Source: a bacterium (GTDB lineage: Bacteria > Zhuqueibacterota > Zhuqueibacteria > Oceanimicrobiales > Oceanimicrobiaceae). Taken from it: a stretch of DNA of 64,000 nt. The position numbers and the translations under genes are program-made. How positions within the stretch are numbered: the stretch's first letter is position 1; each line of letters starts with the position of its first letter. The notes beneath the pieces were generated by a model. That model searched no databases, was not told the origin of the DNA, and saw only the letters and a list, made by a program, of their open reading frames with translations. This document shows positions 1-9,731 of this stretch, piece by piece. The DNA lies in NCBI GenBank assembly GCA_046758365.1, contig JBHIAC010000004.1, forward strand, positions 3,211 to 67,210. Direction: 5' to 3'.

Positions 1-813
1 TTTGGCTATTATCGAACCTGTGCTGACCTGAATGGTGGTGGCTGGGCGCCCTATGTCGGGCCAGAGCGATTGTCATGGATCCAGCCTTATCGAGCACTCA
101 TGGAAGCAAATCCCGGACTGCACATCGCCTGGCATGGTGACGACCCCTGGATTGGACCTATCAGTCCCATCGTCGAGCTTTATAACACCGTCACCCGCAA
201 GGAAGTGGCCGAAGATAGTGTGACCATCTGCGAGCCACGGGAATGGCTGGCGGCAACGGCCATCCCTGTGCAGGACGCACTGCCCATGATGACCATCGAA
301 TCGGCATACGCGATCTTCCGAGACCAGGAAGTCGGCAGTTTGAAGCCCGGGAAGTTTGCCGACCTGGTCATCTTATCAGACAACCCACTAACTGTGGTTC
401 CGGACGCCATCAAGGACATTGAAGTGTTGATGACCGTGGTTGGAGGGCGTGTGGAGTATTGTGCGCCGGGACACGACGCGTTGTGCCCAGACTTAGGTAC
501 GAGTGTTGCTTCGCCCGGAACAGAGGAATTGCCTGAAACTTTCGAACTAAGCCAAAACCACCCCAACCCCTTCAATCCCACAACTACCATTCAATATCAG
601 GTGCACAAAACCTCTCATGTTAATTTGGTGATTTACACCCTCCTGGGCCAAAAGGTGGCAACTTTGGTGGCCGAAGTACAGCCTGCGGGCGTCTATTCTG
701 TGCCATGGCCTGGCAAGGATGACACCGGAAGAAATGTAGCAAGCGGGCTATATCTGTATCAATTAAGAACCAAGGATTTTGTTAAAGTGAAGAAAATGCT
801 TTTGCTGAGATAA
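1..813 (+). CDS. amidohydrolase-family (Amidohydro_3/YtcJ-like) protein, 5'-truncated by the window edge, with a C-terminal T9SS (Por) sorting domain
   Basis: Frame 1 is open from nt 1 (FGYYRTCADLNGGGWAPYV... precedes the listed M at 70). It carries the amidohydrolase C-terminal pattern GSLKPGKFADLVILSDNPL...VGGRVEY. The last ~90 aa (QNHPNPFNPTTTIQYQV...SGLYLYQLRT...KKMLLLR) fit the Por_Secre_tail pattern. Confidence 0.7.
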   Translation, partial: FGYYRTCADLNGGGWAPYVGPERLSWIQPYRALMEANPGLHIAWHGDDPWIGPISPIVELYNTVTRKEVAEDSVTICEPREWLAATAIPVQDALPMMTIESAYAIFRDQEVGSLKPGKFADLVILSDNPLTVVPDAIKDIEVLMTVVGGRVEYCAPGHDALCPDLGTSVASPGTEELPETFELSQNHPNPFNPTTTIQYQVHKTSHVNLVIYTLLGQKVATLVAEVQPAGVYSVPWPGKDDTGRNVASGLYLYQLRTKDFVKVKKMLLLR

Positions 814-853
814 AAGTTTAGCAAGGAATCACCTCCTAAGCTAAACTAAATAT

Positions 854-3037
854 CTACAACATCCCCTTCCTCTTCCGTATAAACCATTCAGCACCTAATA
901 AAAAAATACATACTATTAAAAGTGGCGTTTTATTCCAAATTTCCCACTGATTGTTTTGCACAATAAATTTTTCAGGAAAATTTAGTTTTTCATTAAGTTC
1001 GGTGAAATTATCTGAGGTAAAATATACGCCCCCACTTTCAGTTGCTATTCGGTTGAGCAGATCTTCGTTCATGCGGGTGTTTAGATATTCGAGGCTGAAT
1101 TCTTCTACCGAAAATTTACCTGAGTCTCTTCCAAGCACTCGGCCTTGCAGGTGGGCTGTTCCGGTGAATTGGTAGTCTCCTCCCTCTAAAACTTGAAAGC
1201 TGCCTTCATATCGGCCCTCGCCTATATTCAAAAGGGTTAGTTCTTGCGTTTCTTTGACGCCCATCAACTGAACCACTACCTCTGCCCCATCCGCGGGTCG
1301 GTAATCTTCAAAGTAAACCTGGGCTGTAAATTCTACTTCTTCTCCGCTGCGATAAATCTTTTTATTTGGAGCAATTTTAACAAGTTTGCTGTCTTCTTGA
1401 GTTATTAACCAGCGAACTGAATTTCTTATGAATTGTTGATAGCTTTCATTGGTTTTGCCCACCCCCCACATCAGTAGATCCCAGCGCCAAAGGCCATAAG
1501 CCAATACGGCCATTGACTTTCGAATCCCAGATCTTTGAACGGCTATTATGGGTAAACTTTGTTTTCTAACCACTTCTGAGCGCTTCAAATCGATAGAGGC
1601 AAGAGTTTGTGCGCTTGGATGCAGGGGAATTGTGATTAAATTAGAATAGATAGGTGGTAATTCCTGCCATTTTTCTCTATTTTCAAATTCATCTTCGGAA
1701 AGTCTGAATAGCGGATGGTAAAGGCCTTGTGGCAATATATTTATATAAACCAATCGTTCCCGGCCAATTACAGGTTTAGTAGCCAGTGGAGTAAAATTCT
1801 TTAAAATTAAAAGCTTTTCGAAATCCACATTTTTTCCGAATAAATATAGCATAGGTTTTCCTTTAGATAAAACGTTCTTAATTTTATCTAATGATTGTCT
1901 TTTTGAACTGCGTCGAGGAAAATCCAACAAAATTAAACAATCAGATTTTACCATCTGATCAACAGAAGGCAAAGAAGGGGCTTGATAGAAAGTTCCGTGA
2001 GATTTTTCTACAAAGCTTTGAATATCGATATTTTCATCGGTCTCTAAAACACGCTTCAAAAACAAATAGTCAGAACTTGGGCCACCAGCAATGACTAAGA
2101 TTTTCATTTTGCTCTTTAGCACTTTCACATAAAAAGACTTTGTATTGTTGATATGGGTTAATTCATCTTCCAATTGCGGCAGTTTGATTTCATATTTGAA
2201 AAGCCCTTCCTTATTTGGAATAAAATGGAGACGCACCTTTTGTTCAAGTTGGTTACCAGAAAGGGTCACAACTTTTGAATCTAAGGTTTTATTCTTATAG
2301 ACTAAATTTACTGGTATTCGCTTACCTTGAAAGCCGCTGCTTTTGATATAAACATCTATTGGAATCTTAGTCTCCGCATATACGATTTCATTGGTGCCAT
2401 AATTTGAAATTAATACATCTTTTTGTTCTGAAGGGTCACCTACAGCAATAGTAAAAATTGGGATGCCATAAGTAGAGGCGTATCTTGCTGGATTCGCTCC
2501 TAGATTATCAGCGCCGTCTGTAATCAATATTACCGAGGCAAAGTATTTTTCCGCCAATTTTTCTTTTAATTCTTCAAGAGAGCGTTGAATATCCGTACCG
2601 TCGCCTATGAATTTGAGGGAGTCTGGTGGTACATTGGCAGGATCGAACAACATGTAAGAGAAGGGATAAAAAGCCAACTCCAAATTATTGGAAGGTTTTT
2701 TAAAAATGTCCGAATCTAGAATTTTATTTAACTCTTGAGGGCGATTCTTTTTTTGGTCCACTAGACTCATGCTGGCGGAGTTGTCCACCAATACAGCCAC
2801 GACCGGTTTTTTCTGTTTCTTCTGTGTAATACTCAAAATCGGTTCAAATAATAATAAGACGACCAACATGACAGCCGCAGCCCTAAGGGACATTAGTAGA
2901 AAACGGATATTCGAATTGACTGGTGGTATGGTGTTTCGGTAAACAAAGAAACTCAAAGCTCCAGCAGCAAGAAATGCCAGAATGAGGAAGGCAAAACTAC
3001 CAGTGGTATTTAAATTTACTTCAGAAAAATTAGGCAA
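854..3037 (-). CDS. membrane protein with von Willebrand factor A domain (Bat/aerotolerance-like architecture)
   Basis: 727-aa ORF with N-terminal double TM, the vWA MIDAS-like motif VLVDNSASMS and ILITDGADN, and a C-terminal TM anchor. Confidence 0.6.
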   Translation of the reverse strand: MPNFSEVNLNTTGSFAFLILAFLAAGALSFFVYRNTIPPVNSNIRFLLMSLRAAAVMLVVLLLFEPILSITQKKQKKPVVAVLVDNSASMSLVDQKKNRPQELNKILDSDIFKKPSNNLELAFYPFSYMLFDPANVPPDSLKFIGDGTDIQRSLEELKEKLAEKYFASVILITDGADNLGANPARYASTYGIPIFTIAVGDPSEQKDVLISNYGTNEIVYAETKIPIDVYIKSSGFQGKRIPVNLVYKNKTLDSKVVTLSGNQLEQKVRLHFIPNKEGLFKYEIKLPQLEDELTHINNTKSFYVKVLKSKMKILVIAGGPSSDYLFLKRVLETDENIDIQSFVEKSHGTFYQAPSLPSVDQMVKSDCLILLDFPRRSSKRQSLDKIKNVLSKGKPMLYLFGKNVDFEKLLILKNFTPLATKPVIGRERLVYINILPQGLYHPLFRLSEDEFENREKWQELPPIYSNLITIPLHPSAQTLASIDLKRSEVVRKQSLPIIAVQRSGIRKSMAVLAYGLWRWDLLMWGVGKTNESYQQFIRNSVRWLITQEDSKLVKIAPNKKIYRSGEEVEFTAQVYFEDYRPADGAEVVVQLMGVKETQELTLLNIGEGRYEGSFQVLEGGDYQFTGTAHLQGRVLGRDSGKFSVEEFSLEYLNTRMNEDLLNRIATESGGVYFTSDNFTELNEKLNFPEKFIVQNNQWEIWNKTPLLIVCIFLLGAEWFIRKRKGML

Positions 3038-3161
3038 TAATTTTGCTCCAAAATTGGTTTATACAATTGAAAGAAATCTTAATATTGAATGCAAATTGTA
3101 AAATCAAAAAATCCGACCAAATACTCTATACCTCTTCCCTATTCCATTTACCATTTTGCAT

Positions 3162-4157
3162 CTAAATGGAAAGTGATGGTTTCGGAGATAAGCCGAAATC
3201 AGAATTCTGACCCTTTTCCAGATAGAAATTTCCTGTCCTTGCAATCATAGCTCCGTTATCTGTACACAGAATGGGGGGTGGAATAAAGAGTTTGACCCCA
3301 TGTTTTGCACACTCTTTTTTCAATCTTTCGCGCAAATGTGAATTACAAGCCACGCCACCAGCCAGGGCCAGTTGATTGATTTTATATTTCGCCAGTGCTT
3401 TTAAACTGTTTTCGACTAAAACCGCTACAGCCGCTACTTGAAAACTTGCGGCGACATCTGCCTTGCGTCGTTTTCGCTCTTCTGGACTCAAGGACTGCAA
3501 ATGGTAGAGGACAGCCGTTTTTAGACCACTGTAACTGAAATCCAAGCCATTGTCTTTAATTTTGGCTTTCGGTAATTTAATATAATTAGGACGGCCTTTT
3601 GTGGCCAATTTATCAATAGCTGGACCGCCAGGATATTCCAGTTCCAACATTTTGGCAACCTTATCAAAGGCCTCCCCGGCAGCGTCATCTCGAGTTTTGC
3701 CAAGGATTTCATACTCGCCCCATTCTTTAACTAATACTAACTGGGTATGTCCACCGGAAATGACAAGAGAAACATAAGGCGGTTGTGGACCCTGGTCTAA
3801 AACCGAGTTGGAAAAAAGATGGCCTTCTATATGGTTGATTCCAATAAATGGTATAGCCAGTGCTAAGGACATGGCTTTGGCAAAATTCAATCCCACTAAA
3901 AGCGAACCGGTCAAACCAGGGCCGTAGGTTACTGCTATGCCTTCTAAGTCCTGTTTTTCAATGTTAGCTTTTTTAAGAGAAGCTTGGATTATGGGTAAAA
4001 TAAGTTTGACATGAGCACGGGAGGCTAGTTCTGGCACAACCCCACCATATTTTTTGTGGACTTCTTGAGATGCAATGATATTAGAACCGAGCCGATTATT
4101 TAACCAAACGGCTGCTGCAGTTTCATCACAGGAAGTTTCTATTCCTAAAATGTTCAT
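3162..4157 (-). CDS. tsaD: tRNA N6-adenosine threonylcarbamoyltransferase TsaD (Kae1/Gcp)
   Basis: MNILGIETSCDETAAAV, GINHIEGH and VSGGHT motifs. The start was moved to the internal ATG at 4155-4157 so the gene abuts rather than overlaps the upstream gene. Confidence 0.9.
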   Translation of the reverse strand: MNILGIETSCDETAAAVWLNNRLGSNIIASQEVHKKYGGVVPELASRAHVKLILPIIQASLKKANIEKQDLEGIAVTYGPGLTGSLLVGLNFAKAMSLALAIPFIGINHIEGHLFSNSVLDQGPQPPYVSLVISGGHTQLVLVKEWGEYEILGKTRDDAAGEAFDKVAKMLELEYPGGPAIDKLATKGRPNYIKLPKAKIKDNGLDFSYSGLKTAVLYHLQSLSPEERKRRKADVAASFQVAAVAVLVENSLKALAKYKINQLALAGGVACNSHLRERLKKECAKHGVKLFIPPPILCTDNGAMIARTGNFYLEKGQNSDFGLSPKPSLSI

Positions 4158-4158
4158 T

Positions 4159-5520
4159 TCAAAAAGAAACAAAGGCGTCAATAATGATCTGGCCATCCCA
4201 GTCTTCGTTGAAGCCGTATTCCACCCTTAAAATATTCATATAAGGTAAAAAGAAATGCAGTCCCACACCCCAGCCGGAAATAAATTTATTTTGGGTTAAT
4301 TTTTCATTTTGAAACCACACTGCACCTGTGTCTAAAAACAAAGCTCCACTAATTCCAAATCGAAAATTAGTCCCATACCTACCCATTGACTCAAATAAAC
4401 CTAAGTTATGGTACGTGATTTTTCTAATAGGAAATCGAAATTCAGCACTGCCCAATACTAAGTTATCTCCTGTGCTACGCTCGCTAAAATGTCCCCGAAT
4501 TCGAGTCAAGAAACCAAGATGTACCTCACTATAAATGGGTATGGTTCCATGGGATAAATTAGTTGCACCTCGAAAAGCAAATGTAGTGGGACCGATAGGG
4601 AAGTATTTTCGCAAATCCGCGCCATAGCGCAAATAATCGATTACATTTCCAAACCAACCTGTTTTTTTAAACCATAAATTAATATAATGCCCACGGTGAG
4701 CATATTCCCAAAGGTTGCGGCGGTCGTAAGTAATAGAGATTCCAATACTGGGTAGTTTATCTTTTCCAGAAGGTGATAAAGTTTTTGCATTTTCGTTTGA
4801 AGATAAAGTTAACTCTCGATAGCCAAAATTTAAATCTAAGAAAGTAAAATAGCCGAAACGCTTTCCAATTTTCCAGTAAATGCCTATATGATTTTCATCG
4901 ACGTCTTGATTATTAGCAGTAAAACTTAGGTTGCGGACTTTTTTTGCATAAATTGAGAATCTTGTGTAAAATTTCAAATTGCCAAAAATCCAAGGGTTCG
5001 TGTAGGATAATCGGACTGATGGATTAAAGCCCAGCCAAAAGGAAAAGTCAATGATTTCTCTTCGGCCACGAAAATTGGTATGAAGAAGTCCAGCACCATA
5101 GGAAATTCTACTCCAATCCCGTTCGTTTCTAAAAAGGATTGGATATGGAAAGAGGTACCACATTTCGCTTACAGTAACCACCAAAATAACCCCTTTCCGC
5201 GTGGGAATCGCATCCATCTCTACCCTATTAAATATACCTAAATTCTGGATACGCAGTCGGTCATCTTCAGCTACAACTGGGTCAAATTTATCTCCGGCAT
5301 TGAGCTTCATTTCCCGAAGAATAATTTCTTCTTTGGTTTTCTCATTACCTTGTACAATCACCACTAAAATATTTTTGGGATTTATTACGGACGAGCTGTC
5401 GGCAAGCTTTTGAATCGATTGAGTTGAGGCGGCTGCAACCCAGAATAGAATCAAAAAAGGCAGGATCCGTAAACTATTGCAGTTGCAAGTTAATTTGATC
5501 AAAAATTCTCCCATGTCCAT
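4159..5520 (-). CDS. Omp85/BamA-family outer-membrane protein with one POTRA-like domain
   Basis: Signal/TM N-terminus, a POTRA-like segment (IILREMKLNAGDKFDPVVAEDDRLRIQNLGIFNRVEMD), then a beta-barrel-like alternating sequence ending in F. Confidence 0.65.
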   Translation of the reverse strand: MDMGEFLIKLTCNCNSLRILPFLILFWVAAASTQSIQKLADSSSVINPKNILVVIVQGNEKTKEEIILREMKLNAGDKFDPVVAEDDRLRIQNLGIFNRVEMDAIPTRKGVILVVTVSEMWYLFPYPILFRNERDWSRISYGAGLLHTNFRGRREIIDFSFWLGFNPSVRLSYTNPWIFGNLKFYTRFSIYAKKVRNLSFTANNQDVDENHIGIYWKIGKRFGYFTFLDLNFGYRELTLSSNENAKTLSPSGKDKLPSIGISITYDRRNLWEYAHRGHYINLWFKKTGWFGNVIDYLRYGADLRKYFPIGPTTFAFRGATNLSHGTIPIYSEVHLGFLTRIRGHFSERSTGDNLVLGSAEFRFPIRKITYHNLGLFESMGRYGTNFRFGISGALFLDTGAVWFQNEKLTQNKFISGWGVGLHFFLPYMNILRVEYGFNEDWDGQIIIDAFVSF

Positions 5521-5606
5521 CGAGTTGTTCTTCTAAGCGAGCCACGCGTTCTTCCACCGCCATTTCATTAGCTATTAAATATTTGCAATTAACTTTGAAA
5601 TGGACC

Positions 5607-6833
5607 TTAAAATTTCTCCAACAATCTGAAGGTTATACGAAAATCATCGTTAGATCGTTCAGTGCGTTTGGCCACATCCATACGAAAAACTCCATCAAGC
5701 ACAAGAATAGAAAAGCCTAAATCGGTTTTTAATTTATCCAGAGTGAGCTGGCCAAAACCATCAAATAGGCCGTCTTCAGGATCGGTAGTCCAAGCCCAAC
5801 CGGTATCAAGAAAAATACCAAAAGAAAGGACTGACCAGAGTACACCAAAAACTGGAAGCCTATGTAATGGAATTTTCTGTAAAACGTCCCCACCAAAAAG
5901 ATAATTTGCGTTAAGCATTACCATTCGGTTGCCGCTAAATTCTTTATCATCAAATCCACGGAGGCTGCCAAAGCCACCGATGTCCATGGTATATTGCTCG
6001 GCTGAACTTCCGTGACGCGTTCCAATCAGAAATCGAATAAAAAGTCGTTGGTTACCATACATTTGTTGAAAACGTTTGATGGATAAGAATAATCCATCTG
6101 TATTAAAATCTTCGAAAGTACGTTCATAAATACTTTCTAAATACCAGCCACTCAGAGGAAATATGGGATTGTCTCGCCAATCGAAAGCTGCGATGAGTTT
6201 TAATCCGATCTCATCCCCTTCTGCGATAAAAGCTTCATTTTTAGCTGGATTTTCCTCAAAATCTTTGTCGCCTCCAAAGACACTCCAGTTAGTATTTTTT
6301 CGTAAAGCATCAAACGTGCGGTGGCCGACTTCAAAACGAATTGTGTGAATACCCAAAAACCTGTGATCCAAGTAAATTTTAAAACCCTGGGCGCCATAGT
6401 AATCCTTGAAGTCTTCTCTGAAGAAAAATGCAGCCAGAGAATTCTCAACATCTCCGATTATCCAATCGTCTTGTGATTCAACTTTCTTAAAAATTTCAGC
6501 ACCAAGACTTAATCTTTTAATAGCAAATAGGTCTTTTCGGATTCCAACCGCATATCTGAATTTTTTATCCGACTGGTTGTCAAATCCCCAACCAGCATCT
6601 CCGTATATCTGCAATTTCGGCATGGACTGGGGACGAAGTTTTAGACCGAAATTCAAAAACAACCCTTCCACCCGATTATATCGTGTGTTTGAGTAGAACT
6701 CCAGTGGTTTTTCGAGTTCGAAGCTATAGTCATCTTCTATTTTATTGTTTGAAAATTGGGCATAGATGGGCGGTATATTAAGAACTGTAAAAGATAAAAT
6801 TATCATAAATTCAACAAATCTAAGGTTACCCAT
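5607..6833 (-). CDS. outer-membrane beta-barrel protein, Omp85/surface-antigen-like (no obvious POTRA)
   Basis: Signal peptide ...IPPIYAQ, barrel-like repeats and a C-terminal ...FRITFRLLEKF. The start was set at the ATG at 6831-6833, which is preceded by GGAGGA. Confidence 0.5.
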   Translation of the reverse strand: MGNLRFVEFMIILSFTVLNIPPIYAQFSNNKIEDDYSFELEKPLEFYSNTRYNRVEGLFLNFGLKLRPQSMPKLQIYGDAGWGFDNQSDKKFRYAVGIRKDLFAIKRLSLGAEIFKKVESQDDWIIGDVENSLAAFFFREDFKDYYGAQGFKIYLDHRFLGIHTIRFEVGHRTFDALRKNTNWSVFGGDKDFEENPAKNEAFIAEGDEIGLKLIAAFDWRDNPIFPLSGWYLESIYERTFEDFNTDGLFLSIKRFQQMYGNQRLFIRFLIGTRHGSSAEQYTMDIGGFGSLRGFDDKEFSGNRMVMLNANYLFGGDVLQKIPLHRLPVFGVLWSVLSFGIFLDTGWAWTTDPEDGLFDGFGQLTLDKLKTDLGFSILVLDGVFRMDVAKRTERSNDDFRITFRLLEKF

Positions 6834-7307
6834 TCTTCCTCCATGATATAGAAATTCACTCACAGACATGATTAATATAAACCCTTAATTATTTAAAATA
6901 AATTTTCGATTAAATTAAAATATAAAAAATCAAAATTATAATCAAGGAGTATTTCTTGTTGTTACCCCATCGAAAATAAACTCCTGGTATTTAAAAAGAA
7001 AATTGTTTCAGAACATTTAGCATCCTTTTTTTCGAGGTTGCAAAGGCATGACAATTAGACGAATTCAGGTTTGCAAAGAGCTTTAAAGCAAATTTTTCTA
7101 ATACTGGATTTGAGACGCTTAGGACTAATTATCTGAAAACAGCCAGAGGGAAAAGGGCTCGGGATGATGAGACGGTTATAAATCAATGGCTCTTGGCCAT
7201 TGAAGATTACTGCACTGTTTATGCCTCCATGCACAACACCCATATTTTGGTCAAATTCCTGTTTCCATAAGTCAATAATATCTTTTATTTTTTGAAATAA
7301 ATATATA

Positions 7308-7459
7308 CCTAAATTGAGCGATTTTACCTTGAATTGTTACCTAAACGAGTTTCGGCAAGATCAGTGTTGGGTGTTCACGCTTTAGCGTGATGTCCCCCCC
7401 AATGCAAGCTGAAGCTTGAACACCATCCGCTCCCCCGATATAAAATCGCTCAATTCAGG
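7308..7459. repeat. structured ~152-bp repeat with ~19-bp terminal inverted repeats (copy 1 of 2 in this window)
   Basis: About 90% identical to 58810-58975. Ends are CCTAAATTGAGCGATTTTA / TAAAATCGCTCAATTCAGG. Internal perfect hairpins are CACGCT-TT-AGCGTG and CAAGCT-GA-AGCTTG, plus GGTGTTCA...TGAACACC. Confidence 0.8.
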
Positions 7460-7469
7460 ATATAGTAAG

Positions 7470-8960
<1,491 letters not shown>

Positions 8961-9008
8961 AAAATATCGGAAATTGAATAAGAAGAATAGTCAATACAAA
9001 CTTTCTCT

Positions 9009-9090
9009 GCCGTTTCCTACGCCAGTATTATCTGGATCAAGTTCAAAGGGTTAACTCTCAGCCGACAATCTGAGCCAGCACCCCTACGGC
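9009..9090 (-). promoter_or_regulatory. TPP (THI-box) riboswitch aptamer
   Basis: The minus-strand RNA reads GCCGUAGGGGUGCUGGCUCAGAUUGUCGGCUGAGAGUUAACCCUUUGAACUUGAUCCAGAUAAUACUGGCGUAGGAAACGGC. It contains the conserved GGGGUGC, CUGAGA and ACCCUUUGAACNUGAUC.GAUAAU...CGUAGG blocks and a closing P1 GCCGU/ACGGC. Confidence 0.9.
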
Positions 9091-9098
9091 TAAAAATT

Positions 9099-9127
9099 AA
9101 TATACAAAATATTTATTGCATAAGCAA
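9099..9127 (-). promoter_or_regulatory. putative sigma70-type promoter of the thiC leader
   Basis: Minus strand TTGCTT, 17-nt spacer, TATATT, ending ~8 nt before the riboswitch P1. Confidence 0.4.
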
Positions 9128-9294
9128 CTATTAATATAGTTTGTTCATTAATTTTGCACATATAATAGTCAAACCCCGATTTTCCTTAATGTTAGTGGAT
9201 ATAAAACGGAATCTGGTTGGTTTGAGCCAGACTCTAACTATTTTCATAATTTTCAATGGTTTCTGATTTCTATAATGCAAAATCGGGGTTGTTA

Positions 9295-9717
9295 CTATTT
9301 CTTTTCTTTGATTAATTGTATTTCTGTGCCATCTTGTTTAAAATTGAATTTGACGTCATCCATCAAAGTTGAAAGAATAAAAATTCCCCGGCCACTTTCT
9401 TTTAACAAATTTTCAGGGGCTAATGGATCGCTTAAATTGGTGGGGTCAAAACCTCTTCCTTGGTCTTTTACGGTTACAATGAGCTTACTTTCTTGAAAGG
9501 CAAATTTTATATGAACCTTCTTTTCTATATCTTTATTATTGCCATGTATGATGGCATTATTTACGGCTTCCGTAACTGCAATCGCCAGGCTATCCTTTTC
9601 CTCATCATTAAATTTCATCTCATCGGCTGCCTTTTCAGCAAATTTTTCAACAGTCGCTATCTCTTCAAGTTTACTGGGAATAGTCACTTCAAAATTTTTT
9701 TCCTTTTTTCCACTCAC
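9295..9717 (-). CDS. anti-sigma regulatory factor (RsbW/SpoIIAB-type Ser/Thr kinase, HATPase_c)
   Basis: AVTEAVNNAIIHGN (N-box), DQGRGFD (G1) and GRGIFIL (G2) in 140 aa. Confidence 0.7.
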   Translation of the reverse strand: MSGKKEKNFEVTIPSKLEEIATVEKFAEKAADEMKFNDEEKDSLAIAVTEAVNNAIIHGNNKDIEKKVHIKFAFQESKLIVTVKDQGRGFDPTNLSDPLAPENLLKESGRGIFILSTLMDDVKFNFKQDGTEIQLIKEKK

Positions 9718-9731
9718 GGGAATTCCTTCTT

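Noticed and set aside
7055-7243. 62-aa minus-strand ORF between the repeat element and the Omp85-like gene; its frame stays open upstream into the repeat
   Set aside because: No recognisable motif, no RBS, and a single ATG deep inside an open frame that runs into a non-coding repeat. It may be a gene fragment, but nothing supports a call.
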